64,000 bases of DNA from an uncultured virus (IMG/VR IMGVR_UViG_3300043117_000361) (taxonomy: Duplodnaviria; Heunggongvirae; Uroviricota; Caudoviricetes), in the IMG/VR virus record IMGVR_UViG_3300043117_000361; one strand, written 5' to 3'. Both the position numbers and the translations under genes were made by a program. Of the stretch, positions 1-10,354 are shown one piece after another; within the stretch, counting starts at the first letter, position 1; the number at the start of each line of letters is the position of its first letter. Below the pieces are notes generated by a model. It worked only from the letters and a program-made list of their open reading frames with translations, did not search any database and had not been told where the DNA came from.

Positions 1-98
1 AACCCGTGTAACGAGAACTCACCGGAGTCTCCTTGTCTTATTTGTGAGTACGCAGCTTGGAATAGTGGAAAAGTGTTTTATATAAGAGAGGAAACATA

Positions 99-569
99 AT
101 GGGAATTTTCACAATTTACACCGAAGATCCGCATCTTTTAAGTGTTTATAGCTCAATGGTCGGTCAATTTAATAAAAAAGGTCTGGAGGATTCTGGATTC
201 GATCTGGTTGTGCCTTCAGAATTAACCATACCGCCTGGACACTACGGCGCAGTTGTGGACACTAAAATCGTGGTAACGTACAGTGGCGATACCAGATTGC
301 CGTTTATTGTTGTTCCAAGATCAAGTACCGGCACCACACCTATTCGACTGGCTAACTCTATTGGCGTCATAGATAAAGGATATAACGGAACTTTAAAACT
401 TTTGCTAGATAACTGTGACCACGATAAACCGTACACCATACACGCATTGACCAGGCTGTGTCAGATATGTGCAGGAGATATGGCCCCAATTGACGAAGTA
501 AGGATAGCGGACCAACCACCTGGAACAACCCGTAGAGGCACTGATGGACTGGGCAGCACGGGTCGCTGA
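99..569 (+). CDS. dut: dUTPase (trimeric type)
   Basis: Motifs SGFDL, PRSS, GVIDKGYNG, RLCQI and C-terminal RGTDGLGSTG. Confidence 0.95.
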   Translation: MGIFTIYTEDPHLLSVYSSMVGQFNKKGLEDSGFDLVVPSELTIPPGHYGAVVDTKIVVTYSGDTRLPFIVVPRSSTGTTPIRLANSIGVIDKGYNGTLKLLLDNCDHDKPYTIHALTRLCQICAGDMAPIDEVRIADQPPGTTRRGTDGLGSTGR

Positions 570-718
570 CGGATAAATTTTCAAACCCACCCTACAAGAC
601 AAATATTGCTAACACATAACAGTGTGCAACAGAGCAAATAACCGATAATGTTTGCAAAAATCACAGAGCAGGTAGTAGAATAGACCTTTAATGCTCACAC
701 TAATAATCAGGAGTAATT

Positions 719-3169
719 ATGCCAAACAAACAGGTTTTTTCTCACAATGAGGCGATTGAAAAAAGTACAGAGTATTTCAACGGTAATGAGCTCGCTGCCA
801 GTGTGTTCGTCGATAAATATGCCCTGAGGGACAACGACGATAATATACTGGAAGCCACTCCCGACGAAATGCACAGAAACAGACTCGCGCCTGAGATTCA
901 TCGTGTAGAGAAAGCCAAGTTTAAGGAACCAATGAGCGAGGACGAGATCTACGAGTTATTTAAAGACTTTAAGTATATAATACCTCAAGGATCTCCAATG
1001 TATGCTATAGGTAATCCTTATAAGATAGTGTCAACGTCCAACTGCTATGTTATTGACTGTCCCTTAGACTCATACTCTTCAATATGTGCTACAGATGAAC
1101 AAATTGTAAACGTCTGTAAAGTAAGAGGTGGAGTCGGTACGGACCTGTCTAATCTCCGCCCAGTTGGAACACCGACTAACAATGCTGCCAAATCCAGTTC
1201 TGGAGTTGTATCGTTCATGCGCAGATACTCTAATTCAATACGGGAAGTAGGGCAACAGAATAGACGCGGAGCCGGCATGCTGACTATAGATATACAGCAT
1301 CCGGAATCTGAAAATTTTATCAAAGCTAAAGCCGATCTAACCGAGATAACCGGTGCAAATACGTCAATAAAGCTGTATGATCGGTTTATGAAGGCGGCTA
1401 TACAGAAAAGTAACTTTGTTCTTCAATGGCCCGTAGATTCTGACACGCCTTCCGTCACCAAAGAAATAAATGCTGAAGATCTATGGAACACTGTCGTTAC
1501 ACAGGCCCATGCGACCGCAGAGCCCGGAATCCTTTTTTGGGATACGATTATAAAAGGCGGTTTATCAGATTGCTATGAACACCTTGGGTATAAAACAGTA
1601 TCTACAAATCCGTGCAGCGAACTGGGGCTTGACGAAGGATCTGCATGCAGGCTACTGGCTATCAATTTATTCAGTTTTGTCGATAATCCCTTTACAGACA
1701 AGGCTGAATTTAATTTTGATAAATTTTCTGAGGTAGTTAAAAAAGCTCAGAGAATAATGGACGATATAGTAGATCTTGAAACAGAGCGTATTGAGAAAAT
1801 AATACTCAAGACCATAAATGGGCCGGAAGATTTTAATGTAAAATCCAGAATGGTGGCCTTCTGGACGAAAGTTTTGAATAAATGCAGAGACGCCAGAAGA
1901 ACAGGAACAGGCATAACGGCTCTTGGAGATATGTTCGCAGCTTTAGGTCTTAAATACGGATCAGCCGATTCCATACATTTTGCAGATAGACTTTTTATGT
2001 TGTTTAAACACAGCGCCATAGAGTCATCTGTAGATATGGCAAAAGAGCTGGGACCATTTAAAGGATTCAGTGCTGCAGCTGAGCGCCACTGTAAATTTAA
2101 TACTAAACTGAAGAACGAAAATCGTAAGCTTTACAATAAGATGATGAAGTATGGAAGGCGTAATATAGGTCTTTTAACAATAGCTCCTACAGGTTCGGTG
2201 AGTATACTGACTCAAACCACCAGCGGGATTGAGCCTTTGTATGAGGTATCATGTATTCGACGTCGAAAGCTAACTGATTCAGACGACAAAGTTAAACCAG
2301 ACTTCATAGACAAGACTGGAGATAAATGGAAAAACTATGAAGTTTACCATCCTAAAGTAAAAGACTGGATGGAGGTTACCGGAGAGACGGACATAAGTAA
2401 ATCTCCGTGGCATGGTTCAACTGCATACGCTATAGACTGGATTAAGCGTGTGGTTCTTCAGGCTAAAATAAATGAACATATTGACCATAACATATCCTCT
2501 ACTATTAATTTGCCTAATGATGCATCTGTAGACACTGTAAAGGCCATTTATGAAAAAGCATGGGCCTTAGGCTGTAAAGGAATAACAGTATACAGAGACG
2601 GCTGCCGTGACGGTGTACTGATAAAGAACACACCAAAATCGAAAATACCTAAAACAGATGCCATAAAAAGGCCTAAGAATCTTCCATGTGATGTATACCA
2701 TATAAAGGTCAAAAATGAGCACTATTTTGTACTGGTAGGCATACTGGATGGAGAGCCGTTTGAAGTTTTTGCCGGCAAAAACAACTGTATAAACAGAGCC
2801 GTTAAAAAAGGTGTAATATCTAAAAAGAAAAGAGGATACTACACCGCTGAATTTGATGATGGATCTGATCTGGATAACATTACAGATTACCTGTCTGATG
2901 AGCAGGAGGCTATTACCAGACTCGTTTCTACATCGTTAAGGCACGGAGCCTCTATGCACTTTATTGTGCATCAGCTTGAAAAGGTCAAAGGAGATTTGTT
3001 TACGTTTTCAAGGTCACTGGCAAGAGCGATTAAGAAGTATATACCGGACGGCACAAAAGTCAGTGGAGAGTCATGCCCACGATGTATTAATCACGGTATG
3101 ACTGATACAGTAATACGTCAGGATGGATGCAAAATGTGCACACAATGTGGCTGGACTGAGTGCCAGTAG
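719..3169 (+). CDS. nrdJ: Adenosylcobalamin-dependent (class II) ribonucleotide reductase with C-terminal TSCPD/Zn-ribbon region
   Basis: SNCYV, RGGVG, TNPCSE, ACRL, IAPTGSVS, SGIEP, ISSTINLP, KGITVYRDG; C-terminal CPxC...CxxCG; no nrdB nearby. Confidence 0.92.
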   Translation: MPNKQVFSHNEAIEKSTEYFNGNELAASVFVDKYALRDNDDNILEATPDEMHRNRLAPEIHRVEKAKFKEPMSEDEIYELFKDFKYIIPQGSPMYAIGNPYKIVSTSNCYVIDCPLDSYSSICATDEQIVNVCKVRGGVGTDLSNLRPVGTPTNNAAKSSSGVVSFMRRYSNSIREVGQQNRRGAGMLTIDIQHPESENFIKAKADLTEITGANTSIKLYDRFMKAAIQKSNFVLQWPVDSDTPSVTKEINAEDLWNTVVTQAHATAEPGILFWDTIIKGGLSDCYEHLGYKTVSTNPCSELGLDEGSACRLLAINLFSFVDNPFTDKAEFNFDKFSEVVKKAQRIMDDIVDLETERIEKIILKTINGPEDFNVKSRMVAFWTKVLNKCRDARRTGTGITALGDMFAALGLKYGSADSIHFADRLFMLFKHSAIESSVDMAKELGPFKGFSAAAERHCKFNTKLKNENRKLYNKMMKYGRRNIGLLTIAPTGSVSILTQTTSGIEPLYEVSCIRRRKLTDSDDKVKPDFIDKTGDKWKNYEVYHPKVKDWMEVTGETDISKSPWHGSTAYAIDWIKRVVLQAKINEHIDHNISSTINLPNDASVDTVKAIYEKAWALGCKGITVYRDGCRDGVLIKNTPKSKIPKTDAIKRPKNLPCDVYHIKVKNEHYFVLVGILDGEPFEVFAGKNNCINRAVKKGVISKKKRGYYTAEFDDGSDLDNITDYLSDEQEAITRLVSTSLRHGASMHFIVHQLEKVKGDLFTFSRSLARAIKKYIPDGTKVSGESCPRCINHGMTDTVIRQDGCKMCTQCGWTECQ

Positions 3170-3181
3170 AAAGTTGACTAT

Positions 3182-3233
3182 AACGGGCGGGCGCTTCCTT
3201 ACGAAACATCTCTCCCTCCTATGCCCGCCCGTT
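3182..3233. terminator. GC-rich hairpin between convergent genes (probable bidirectional terminator)
   Basis: AACGGGCGGGC ... GCCCGCCCGTT inverted repeat. Confidence 0.55.
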
Positions 3234-3241
3234 TAGTCCTT

Positions 3242-3766
3242 TTAGGCCGTAAGACAGTTCTGTATGTGTGGCAGTTTATGATTAACAAACCTGCTGGACA
3301 GTTCCTGAATGAATTTGGTGTACTCTTTATGAGTGTATTTGCCGGCTTTGGCGAATTCTTCGAATAAAACAGGTGTTGGCACTTGAAAAGAATGTACAGG
3401 ATCCATATATTCTATATGCATTCTGCTTATAAGAGCGTATTCTCTAATGTAGATGTTCCATTTTTTGGAGAAATTTCCAAAATGAGCAAGAAGACGGTGG
3501 CATCCATTGTTTTTTGGATCACACAGAGTTATAAAATTGGTGGGGTCGTCAGCTAAAGCAGGCTGAACATGAATAGGGAGAACATGATGAACTTCCAACC
3601 ACTTTAAACAGCCACATACAGCACACTCATTATGGGTCTTTTTGTATGCTTTTTTAGCTTTATGGCACTTATACTGTTCCGAGGGAGACAGGGATGTTAT
3701 GTTAAGAAGAAAACGGTTTAAATAGTGCCCTTTATTCTTCAAGATACAGCTCGCATCTTGCATCAT
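3242..3766 (-). CDS. HNH endonuclease
   Basis: CAVCG...LEVHHVLP...NFITLC...CHRLLAH. Confidence 0.85.
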   Translation of the reverse strand: MMQDASCILKNKGHYLNRFLLNITSLSPSEQYKCHKAKKAYKKTHNECAVCGCLKWLEVHHVLPIHVQPALADDPTNFITLCDPKNNGCHRLLAHFGNFSKKWNIYIREYALISRMHIEYMDPVHSFQVPTPVLFEEFAKAGKYTHKEYTKFIQELSSRFVNHKLPHIQNCLTA

Positions 3767-4082
3767 CCGTACCGTCCAGAGCTATAGACAGAGTATCGCC
3801 ATTGCTCAGCCATATTGCCTGAGGAGACCATGTAAAATAAGTTAAATCGGCAATCTCTTCATATAAAACGTTAAATAGTTTTTCATTTTTTGTAATGGTG
3901 ACAGTTATAGACCCCGTCTGCTCAGATTCAAATGAAACGTACAAAGTACCTATTTTCTGATGGGATGGGGGACCTGTAAAACTTATTGAATAGGCTCCGG
4001 TATCCGTATCAAAACTGTATTTACCGCTGAACATAGTGATTCCTCTACTTAATATGTTGTAACTATAGTCAGCATGGCCCAA
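3732..4082 (-). CDS. Hypothetical protein (beta-rich)
   Basis: ORF overlapping the HNH start; no recognisable motif. Confidence 0.55.
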   Translation of the reverse strand: MGHADYSYNILSRGITMFSGKYSFDTDTGAYSISFTGPPSHQKIGTLYVSFESEQTGSITVTITKNEKLFNVLYEEIADLTYFTWSPQAIWLSNGDTLSIALDGTDDARCELYLEE

Positions 4083-4149
4083 CTATAGTAGACCAGTTGT
4101 ACCTATAGTAGACTACAAAAGAGCAAAAATCAACTAAAAAGAGAAAGAA

Positions 4150-4536
4150 ATGACTATAAAAAAGAAAAATAACAACTTGCCCATTATACTGATTATGGAT
4201 AAGCATTTCGGCCCTGAAAGAGTCATAAACGCGCCCCCCGGATACGAGGTTCAAGTCCTTACAGAGGACTATGAGGACTTTTCACACAGTGGCATAGTGG
4301 AGTTTGAGGGCTCAACATACGGGCTTAAGATATTTACTAACTATGAGGACATAAACGATACGTTCGCTTTTAAATCAACATGTCCAGAGTGCTATACCTG
4401 TGTAGATGAAAAAGAAGCCACACTGGTATTTGACCAGATAAGCAACAGGATCAGCATACAGTACGAGTGCCCTGAGTGCAAGTCGACTTTTGAGTATGTT
4501 TTTTCACTTCTAGGATCCAGAACTATAAAAAAATAA
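4150..4536 (+). CDS. Hypothetical protein with two CPEC motifs (Zn ribbon)
   Basis: CPEC...CPEC at the C-terminus. Confidence 0.65.
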   Translation: MTIKKKNNNLPIILIMDKHFGPERVINAPPGYEVQVLTEDYEDFSHSGIVEFEGSTYGLKIFTNYEDINDTFAFKSTCPECYTCVDEKEATLVFDQISNRISIQYECPECKSTFEYVFSLLGSRTIKK

Positions 4537-4576
4537 GGCAAAAACAACTCGAATGAGTAAAGAAAGGTAATCACTA

Positions 4577-5014
4577 ATGTTTCAACAGAAAGTACCGTGT
4601 TATCAGATACCTGAACGGGGCAGCATATGGGTAAGTCCCTTACGAGACATGGCACATATCACTCCTTTTATACTAAGCAAAGCTTTTCGTGTAGCTGAGG
4701 ACAGCATTGCCAGCCACCCCCGTAAAGACGATATTACCGAAGAACTTAAGGCCGTAGCCAAAAGCATGGTTGAGTTTGTCAACAGGCTTACCGGAGACAA
4801 TAAATTCACTGATCTTACTGAAGCGTTTAAAGAATCCGGACTACTGGACGCGCCGCAGAGCGCACAGCATATTTTTGGAAAAGCATTGCTGAGAACGCTT
4901 CTTTCCTATTACTTTACAGCCGTAAAAGAGGCAACTCACCCGGGAGAGACCCCGGTAGGCTTAGACGAGTTCAATAAAGCAGTGGACAGTGTCGGCGATG
5001 AAACCGGATCCTGA
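4577..5014 (+). CDS. Hypothetical protein
   Basis: ORF with AAAGGT RBS in an operon-like run. Confidence 0.7.
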   Translation: MFQQKVPCYQIPERGSIWVSPLRDMAHITPFILSKAFRVAEDSIASHPRKDDITEELKAVAKSMVEFVNRLTGDNKFTDLTEAFKESGLLDAPQSAQHIFGKALLRTLLSYYFTAVKEATHPGETPVGLDEFNKAVDSVGDETGS

Positions 5015-5744
5015 TACGCTTAGACATAACCTTAAGGGCCTGCTAGGAACCTCTTTAACACTTCCTGACAACTATATAGTAATTGATATTGAGACTACGG
5101 GGTTTAACCCGGTGGACAATGATGTATGGCAAGTAGGCTGTATAGTAAACGGAGTCAACAGAAAAGAACTGGACATAACTATAAACATAGGGGAAGAGGC
5201 AGCACTGGCCAACACTTTTGAGCTTAACAGACGAGCAAAAGAGATTATAGCAACAGAAGGTTTTTCTGCTGAAGATGCTTCTGTTATGGCTATTGAAAGT
5301 TATCTTAACCAGATAAGTACAGGAATAAGCCAGGACGAGGCCATAAACATAGTAGGATCGCTGTGTCAGGGAGCATGTCACAGCGGGTACTGGTTTGCGG
5401 GGCATAACTTCATAAGATTCGATATACCGTTTCTTAATCGTAAATTTGTTCAATTCGGCCACAATTTTGTATTTCCTGATAGAAATCTTATTGATACGGG
5501 CATGCTTGTAAAGAGTGCAATAATGAAGCGTCGTAAGCTGGCATCCGAATCAAATAAACTGTTCTACACAAATGTTGCGAACATAAGAGCCAAAGGAGTT
5601 TACTACGCTCTGGATAAGTACTGTATTCCTGAATTCAACCTGGTAGATAAGTATAATATCTGTGGCAGCTCTCATGATGCCTTATTCGACTGTCTGGTAA
5701 CTGAAAAGCTTATAGAAGAGCTGGTTTCGTTGGCATCTGAGTAG
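4989..5744 (+). CDS. DEDDh 3'-5' exonuclease (DnaQ-like)
   Basis: VIDIETTG, GHNFIRFDIPFL, IDT, HDALFDC. Confidence 0.9.
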   Translation: MSAMKPDPDTLRHNLKGLLGTSLTLPDNYIVIDIETTGFNPVDNDVWQVGCIVNGVNRKELDITINIGEEAALANTFELNRRAKEIIATEGFSAEDASVMAIESYLNQISTGISQDEAINIVGSLCQGACHSGYWFAGHNFIRFDIPFLNRKFVQFGHNFVFPDRNLIDTGMLVKSAIMKRRKLASESNKLFYTNVANIRAKGVYYALDKYCIPEFNLVDKYNICGSSHDALFDCLVTEKLIEELVSLASE

Positions 5745-5786
5745 ATTTACGTTGAATGTCTGCTCACAAGCAGTATAATAGGGACT

Positions 5787-5987
5787 ATGACTAAAACAGA
5801 GTATATAGTGTACAAAGTCATGTCCGGAAGGTGGCTTCTGTCTGCCTTTGCTGGGGTGGCTTTTTTATACATGGTTATAACCGGTCAGATAGATCCCAAA
5901 GATGCATTGCAGGTAATAATAATGGCATTCGCGTTTTATTTCGCAAAAGGTGACTCTAACGTTGATACACCGAATAAACGGACATGA
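5787..5987 (+). CDS. Small two-TM membrane protein (holin-like)
   Basis: Two hydrophobic segments, S-x-R-W/F start and AFYF end typical of small phage holin-like proteins; upstream TTGAAT...TATAAT. Confidence 0.5.
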   Translation: MTKTEYIVYKVMSGRWLLSAFAGVAFLYMVITGQIDPKDALQVIIMAFAFYFAKGDSNVDTPNKRT

Positions 5988-6510
5988 ATTTGAAGCCCTG
6001 ATACTGAACAGGGCAAAAAAAGATGAACGTCGCGGGCGATACACTCTATCCAGATACGGAACTATTACAACCTTGATCAATGGCAGCTGGAGGCCTATAC
6101 CGTCGTTGCCTGATTTTGAAGGGGTCCTTCCTGGAGGCAGACAATTCATATTTGATGCGAAAGTGTGCAGTCAAGCGTCGTTTCAACTAACAGGTAACAC
6201 AGCTAAATCGTTTAGAGCCAGACAGTTCGGTCACTTAATGAAAAGATCGGAATATGGCGTGGAAACGTTTATACTTATACACTTCAATTACAGAAAACTT
6301 AAAACTAAACAGGACGATGAGCTTACAGTGGCCATACCGGTTAAAGAAAACAAATTCTGGAATGGAGTGATAGACGGAACTATTAAAAAAATAGGCAGAG
6401 ATGTCGCTATACAGATAGGCACTATGGTGCCATGGAACAAATTTTCAAAAAGATGTGGTCTGGAAACCCCGGACTTATATTTTTACTTAAACCTCAAGGA
6501 GAAAAAGTGA
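5950..6510 (+). CDS. RecU-like Holliday junction resolvase (PD-(D/E)XK)
   Basis: PDFEG...FIFDAK...SFQL...QFGHL...FILIHF matches the RecU pattern. Confidence 0.75.
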   Translation: MTLTLIHRINGHEFEALILNRAKKDERRGRYTLSRYGTITTLINGSWRPIPSLPDFEGVLPGGRQFIFDAKVCSQASFQLTGNTAKSFRARQFGHLMKRSEYGVETFILIHFNYRKLKTKQDDELTVAIPVKENKFWNGVIDGTIKKIGRDVAIQIGTMVPWNKFSKRCGLETPDLYFYLNLKEKK

Positions 6511-7067
6511 CAGAAGAAAACAAAACATTTTTAGAGAAACAGCTGGAAAAAAAGGCTTCCGAACAAGTCCAGACTCCGGAGAGCTCAGACGACGGCAAAG
6601 TTTTACCGTTTCCCGGTCCCAACCAGGAAACAGAAAAAGTCGAGGGCCTGGCAGTTCCACCGGATGTGACAGACCAGGAGTCCATGCAGAAGCTGATTGA
6701 CTTTGTATTAAAGCATTACGACCATGAAGCAATTGTACTGCCTGTACTGCTGTCGTCCCAGATCCAGTCCCTGATGATAAGCAAACTGAAATCCATAGGT
6801 CTCAACGAGTCCCACATAAACGCCGTAATAACCGTTGCCAAAAGAGAAACGTTGTTTGATGATGCCGGCAATCCCAGGCAGTTCACTGTATTCAACATGC
6901 TCTTAGCTATATACGAGTATATGGGATTCCTGGTGAAAGAGTGGAAAGGGGACGCTAATGCCACAGTTGAAAGCTGCATAGAAGAAATAGGCGGTTCACT
7001 CAAAAAGCTCAGCAAAGAGGCCGAGAACCAGATGGCAAAAGAAGCTCCTCCTAAAAGCGATAAGTAG
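6507..7067 (+). CDS. Hypothetical protein
   Basis: GTG start after AAGGAG, overlapping the previous stop. Confidence 0.7.
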   Translation: MTEENKTFLEKQLEKKASEQVQTPESSDDGKVLPFPGPNQETEKVEGLAVPPDVTDQESMQKLIDFVLKHYDHEAIVLPVLLSSQIQSLMISKLKSIGLNESHINAVITVAKRETLFDDAGNPRQFTVFNMLLAIYEYMGFLVKEWKGDANATVESCIEEIGGSLKKLSKEAENQMAKEAPPKSDK

Positions 7068-7093
7068 GTTAAGGATACGGCATATTCAGGATA

Positions 7094-7115
7094 TTTTTGA
7101 TATGCATATCAAAAA
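7094..7115. repeat. Perfect palindrome TTTTTGATATGCATATCAAAAA (copy 1 of 3 of the core TTTGATATGCATATCAAA)
   Basis: Same 18-bp core at 37006-37023 and 62928-62945. Confidence 0.85.
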
Positions 7116-7251
7116 GTATAGCCGGCTGGGGCACTCCACTAAGCACGCAGCATAACGTAAAGCGCTGCGTGCCAACTAAATAGGCACTATAAGAATAAAT
7201 CTTAAAAAAAATAGTTGAAACTCCCAGCAGAATAGGAGTACTATACCCTCA

Positions 7252-7953
7252 ATGGCAGAGCATAAGATAACACTTGAAGAGATTAAATACTTCTCGACCA
7301 AAGGAAAAAAATTCACCGGCGAGAAGCATACAATCATTGATACTTATGAGGACGTAACAGGAGAGCAGGTAAGAAGCCTGTCTGCTAAAGCGTCCTGCCT
7401 TAATGACATTTCAAATTATCGTTTTTTCACGTTAGCGCCAGTTTACATATTTTCACGAGTTAATGAAGATATAGTATCGTTATTTTCCACAGTATCATCT
7501 TATACAGATCACAGATTGTTTTTTCGATTTAATCACGTTATTGTGGCCAATATGGACGTCAAAGACAAGACAGGAACTGTAATAGGTACCTGGTCTAATG
7601 TTTTAGAAGGTCTTCCATCTACAGTGTACGAAGAGTTTAAAAGGTACATGCATACACAGACGTACTACAGGGTTAAAAACAAAGAATATTGGGAGATATA
7701 CTCTGAAGGAGTAACCATCCCTGACCCTATAGCCGTTGATAATAAAGCGAGCATGCCGCCTATATTGCCCGTTGTAGACGTATATCTGCCCACAGGCAAT
7801 AAGAGTAAGATCGGACTCGACCCGTTCACTGTAGACAAAATAGTGTGCACTTTGCACACTCCGGATCATCAGGTAATAAAGAATGCTGATGTTGTCTTTG
7901 GAGTAACGCTCAAAGATAAGTATGACCTACGCGAGGCAGCTGAAATTGAGTAA
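7252..7953 (+). CDS. Hypothetical protein
   Basis: 233-aa ORF, no recognisable motif. Confidence 0.7.
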   Translation: MAEHKITLEEIKYFSTKGKKFTGEKHTIIDTYEDVTGEQVRSLSAKASCLNDISNYRFFTLAPVYIFSRVNEDIVSLFSTVSSYTDHRLFFRFNHVIVANMDVKDKTGTVIGTWSNVLEGLPSTVYEEFKRYMHTQTYYRVKNKEYWEIYSEGVTIPDPIAVDNKASMPPILPVVDVYLPTGNKSKIGLDPFTVDKIVCTLHTPDHQVIKNADVVFGVTLKDKYDLREAAEIE

Positions 7954-8170
7954 ATACAAGACCATAAAAAGCATAGAAGCTCAAGGCAATATGATTCGCA
8001 TAGAAACTGCGGACGACGGCCCTAAGCTTATTACCATTAGAGAAGCGCTGTACAGAGCTGAAGCAATAGCGAGTATGCTCGACAGAAACGCTAAAGATCT
8101 GTCAGAGGACCTTATTCGAGCGGCCTGGCAGGCAAGGCGCAATATAGAAGAAGCTCTTAAAAGAGCTTAA
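7922..8170 (+). CDS. Hypothetical protein
   Basis: Short ORF coupled to the previous gene; start uncertain. Confidence 0.55.
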   Translation: MTYARQLKLSKYKTIKSIEAQGNMIRIETADDGPKLITIREALYRAEAIASMLDRNAKDLSEDLIRAAWQARRNIEEALKRA

Positions 8171-8199
8171 TACACGCCTTGCGATAGTATAGAAACAGA

Positions 8200-8790
8200 A
8201 TAGATTTGCCCTCAGTGGAGAGGCACAGTATTTTTGTGCCCACTCACTGAGGGTTGTTTTTTGGTGTAATTAATGTATTAAATGCACAAAAAATACCCAC
8301 GTAGGTCGCTCAAAACTTTGCGGAAATTTTCAAAATTTTTGGAAAATTCCGCAAACATTAACATGTTGAGTCGCAACAACTTACTCATTTATGAGAAAAT
8401 ATTTAGCAATTTTTATATAGATATATATATATTATATATATATCTTTATAACCGCCAAAAAAATCATAGTTTCGATATTATATATATAAAATATATAATA
8501 AATCAGCTCATATAAAATTCGCTGATGAAGTAGATTCGCTTCGCTCATCTATATAGTCGCGCCTTACGGCGCTCTTTTTTTAAAAGAAGAAAATAATACA
8601 ACAACATACAAAGTTATAAAGTAGCCCCAAACAAACAGTTCACTCCCCACAAATCGAAAGGGAATAGCTTTGTTAAACAAACTGAAGCAATACATCGTAA
8701 ACAAATTCAATGCAGTTCGGTATCATGATTTATACACGATAGAGACACTTGATGGGCGATTGCTTTTCATTGAAAACACTTATTTACAGG
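8200..8790. other. AT-rich non-coding region with inverted repeats (candidate replication origin)
   Basis: (TA)n tracts at 8410-8500; TTTGCGGAA...TTCCGCAAA inverted repeat at ~8316-8355; hairpin at 8208-8255. Confidence 0.4.
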
Positions 8791-8797
8791 AGTTATT

Positions 8798-9472
8798 ATG
8801 ACAGAAGCACTCACAGAAGACGTATACAAGCCACACGAGGTTTTATCAGATGCTGTACAGGTTCCTCCACACGATGGAATATACGGCAAACAAAAGGGTC
8901 AAAATCTCGGTAAAAACAAGATAGAAATAGAACCTGGCGACCCAGAGGCTGGCAAATTGCAGCACAAGTTGCCCACAATGCCCTCAAAACAGCGCTCTAA
9001 TGGGCCTTCAGCGGACGAAACCCCTCCCGGATTACCGAGTACCCCTGTTTCCGATCCTAAGCCTGTAGCGTCCAAATTACGCAAGCACAGGATACTGTCT
9101 TGTGATATGCCGGCAAAGAAGATGAGCAAGGGAACTTATGTCGAGCCGGCAGAGGCTCCCGAAGTGGCTGTGTCCTTCAGGCTGAAGGACGGATCTGTTC
9201 TGTCGACTCACTATCACAGGGTGCTGGTTACTGATGAAGTAGTTGTTCTTGTGTACGACTCAAGGTTCAAGATAGGTGCCAGGTTCAGGCCGCCGTCAGC
9301 TTCTCTGCTCGGTAACAATATTCCTACTATACGCATAGGAGTACACAGCTCTGAAGACGGAACTGACGAGGTGTATTCAGTGTTGTATGTGGGTGTGGAG
9401 TTTAATTTTGAGCATTATGACTTTATGATAATGATTCGCACTGCTGACGAAGAAGCAGGTGGCGATTCTTAA
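8798..9472 (+). CDS. Hypothetical protein (Pro-rich N-terminal part)
   Basis: AGGAG RBS, 224 aa. Confidence 0.75.
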   Translation: MTEALTEDVYKPHEVLSDAVQVPPHDGIYGKQKGQNLGKNKIEIEPGDPEAGKLQHKLPTMPSKQRSNGPSADETPPGLPSTPVSDPKPVASKLRKHRILSCDMPAKKMSKGTYVEPAEAPEVAVSFRLKDGSVLSTHYHRVLVTDEVVVLVYDSRFKIGARFRPPSASLLGNNIPTIRIGVHSSEDGTDEVYSVLYVGVEFNFEHYDFMIMIRTADEEAGGDS

Positions 9473-9488
9473 ATTGTGCCGTTTAGAT

Positions 9489-9503
9489 TGGAATAATATA
9501 TTG
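9489..9503 (+). promoter_or_regulatory. Recurrent promoter-like motif TGG(A/C)ATAATA-N3-TG
   Basis: TGGAATAATATATTG; further copies at 29974, 30041, 32285, 36796, 43589 and 45503, all upstream of + strand units. Confidence 0.65.
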
Positions 9504-9537
9504 AGGTTGTTTTGGTGTTTTGTCATAGGAGGTGAAT

Positions 9538-9669
9538 ATGCGGCCGTCAACTTCAGTAAAAAAAGTGGTAACTGTTCCTTCTGATGCGTATTTGAAAAAA
9601 ATCAAGCGCATAGCTAAAAGATCAAAAAAGAAACATCCACCACGGGACTGCTGGTGGAACGACGATTAA
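9538..9669 (+). CDS. Small basic hypothetical protein (43 aa, not in the ORF track)
   Basis: AGGAGGT RBS then MRPSTSVKKV...CWWNDD*. Confidence 0.55.
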   Translation: MRPSTSVKKVVTVPSDAYLKKIKRIAKRSKKKHPPRDCWWNDD

Positions 9670-9707
9670 AGCGGGACTTTCCCGCTTTTTTATTATTTGG
9701 AGAGCAT

Positions 9708-10349
9708 ATGCATGTTTTTATTACAAGGGCTGCCAGGGCTCATCTGGGGTCCAGAATATTCATTATTGACGAATGTGTGAATCTGTATAAGTATTTTAAG
9801 AAAATTGGAGAAATAGAGCCGGATTTCAATTACAATATAAAAATAAAAGTCGTTCAAAGGGATTTCAATTCGATTATATCCGGTACCGGGTGTTGTGTTT
9901 CTCAGAAGTATATACGGGAAGCTGTTAAATTTGGCAAAGCTCTTTCTTCAATGGGAGAGTTGCCGGGGTCAGGCCGTGTTAGTGTTGCGTCTGCTCAGAG
10001 GTATTCCAAGTTGCCCAGAGACGTTAAGCGCCAACTGTCCCAGCTTGTTTTCAATGGAGTTGTTACTTTTGAAGAGGCTGTTGAACACGCTCCCACGCAT
10101 TCATCGCCTGTAAGGCGTGAGCTCAGCCGTACCAGTCAATGTGTCAGGACTACACGGTATTTTTCCGATTATGTCCGCAAGATGCGGGATAAAGCTGGTG
10201 CAGCCATGCTGTCGGCCGAACACATACGCAAACACGGAACCGAGGTTCAGGTTGATCAAATGCTGGATCATGCCAAAGCCGTAGAGGACAATATTGTTAC
10301 TCTGGTCAACTATTGCGTTCAGTTCTGTAAAATTGCACGCGGAGGCTAA
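9708..10349 (+). CDS. Hypothetical protein
   Basis: GGAG RBS before ATG at 9708. Confidence 0.65.
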   Translation: MHVFITRAARAHLGSRIFIIDECVNLYKYFKKIGEIEPDFNYNIKIKVVQRDFNSIISGTGCCVSQKYIREAVKFGKALSSMGELPGSGRVSVASAQRYSKLPRDVKRQLSQLVFNGVVTFEEAVEHAPTHSSPVRRELSRTSQCVRTTRYFSDYVRKMRDKAGAAMLSAEHIRKHGTEVQVDQMLDHAKAVEDNIVTLVNYCVQFCKIARGG

Positions 10350-10354
10350 TCGTC

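Noticed and set aside
8282..8515. 77-aa ORF
   Set aside because: Low-complexity I/Y/N translation of (TA)n DNA with no RBS.
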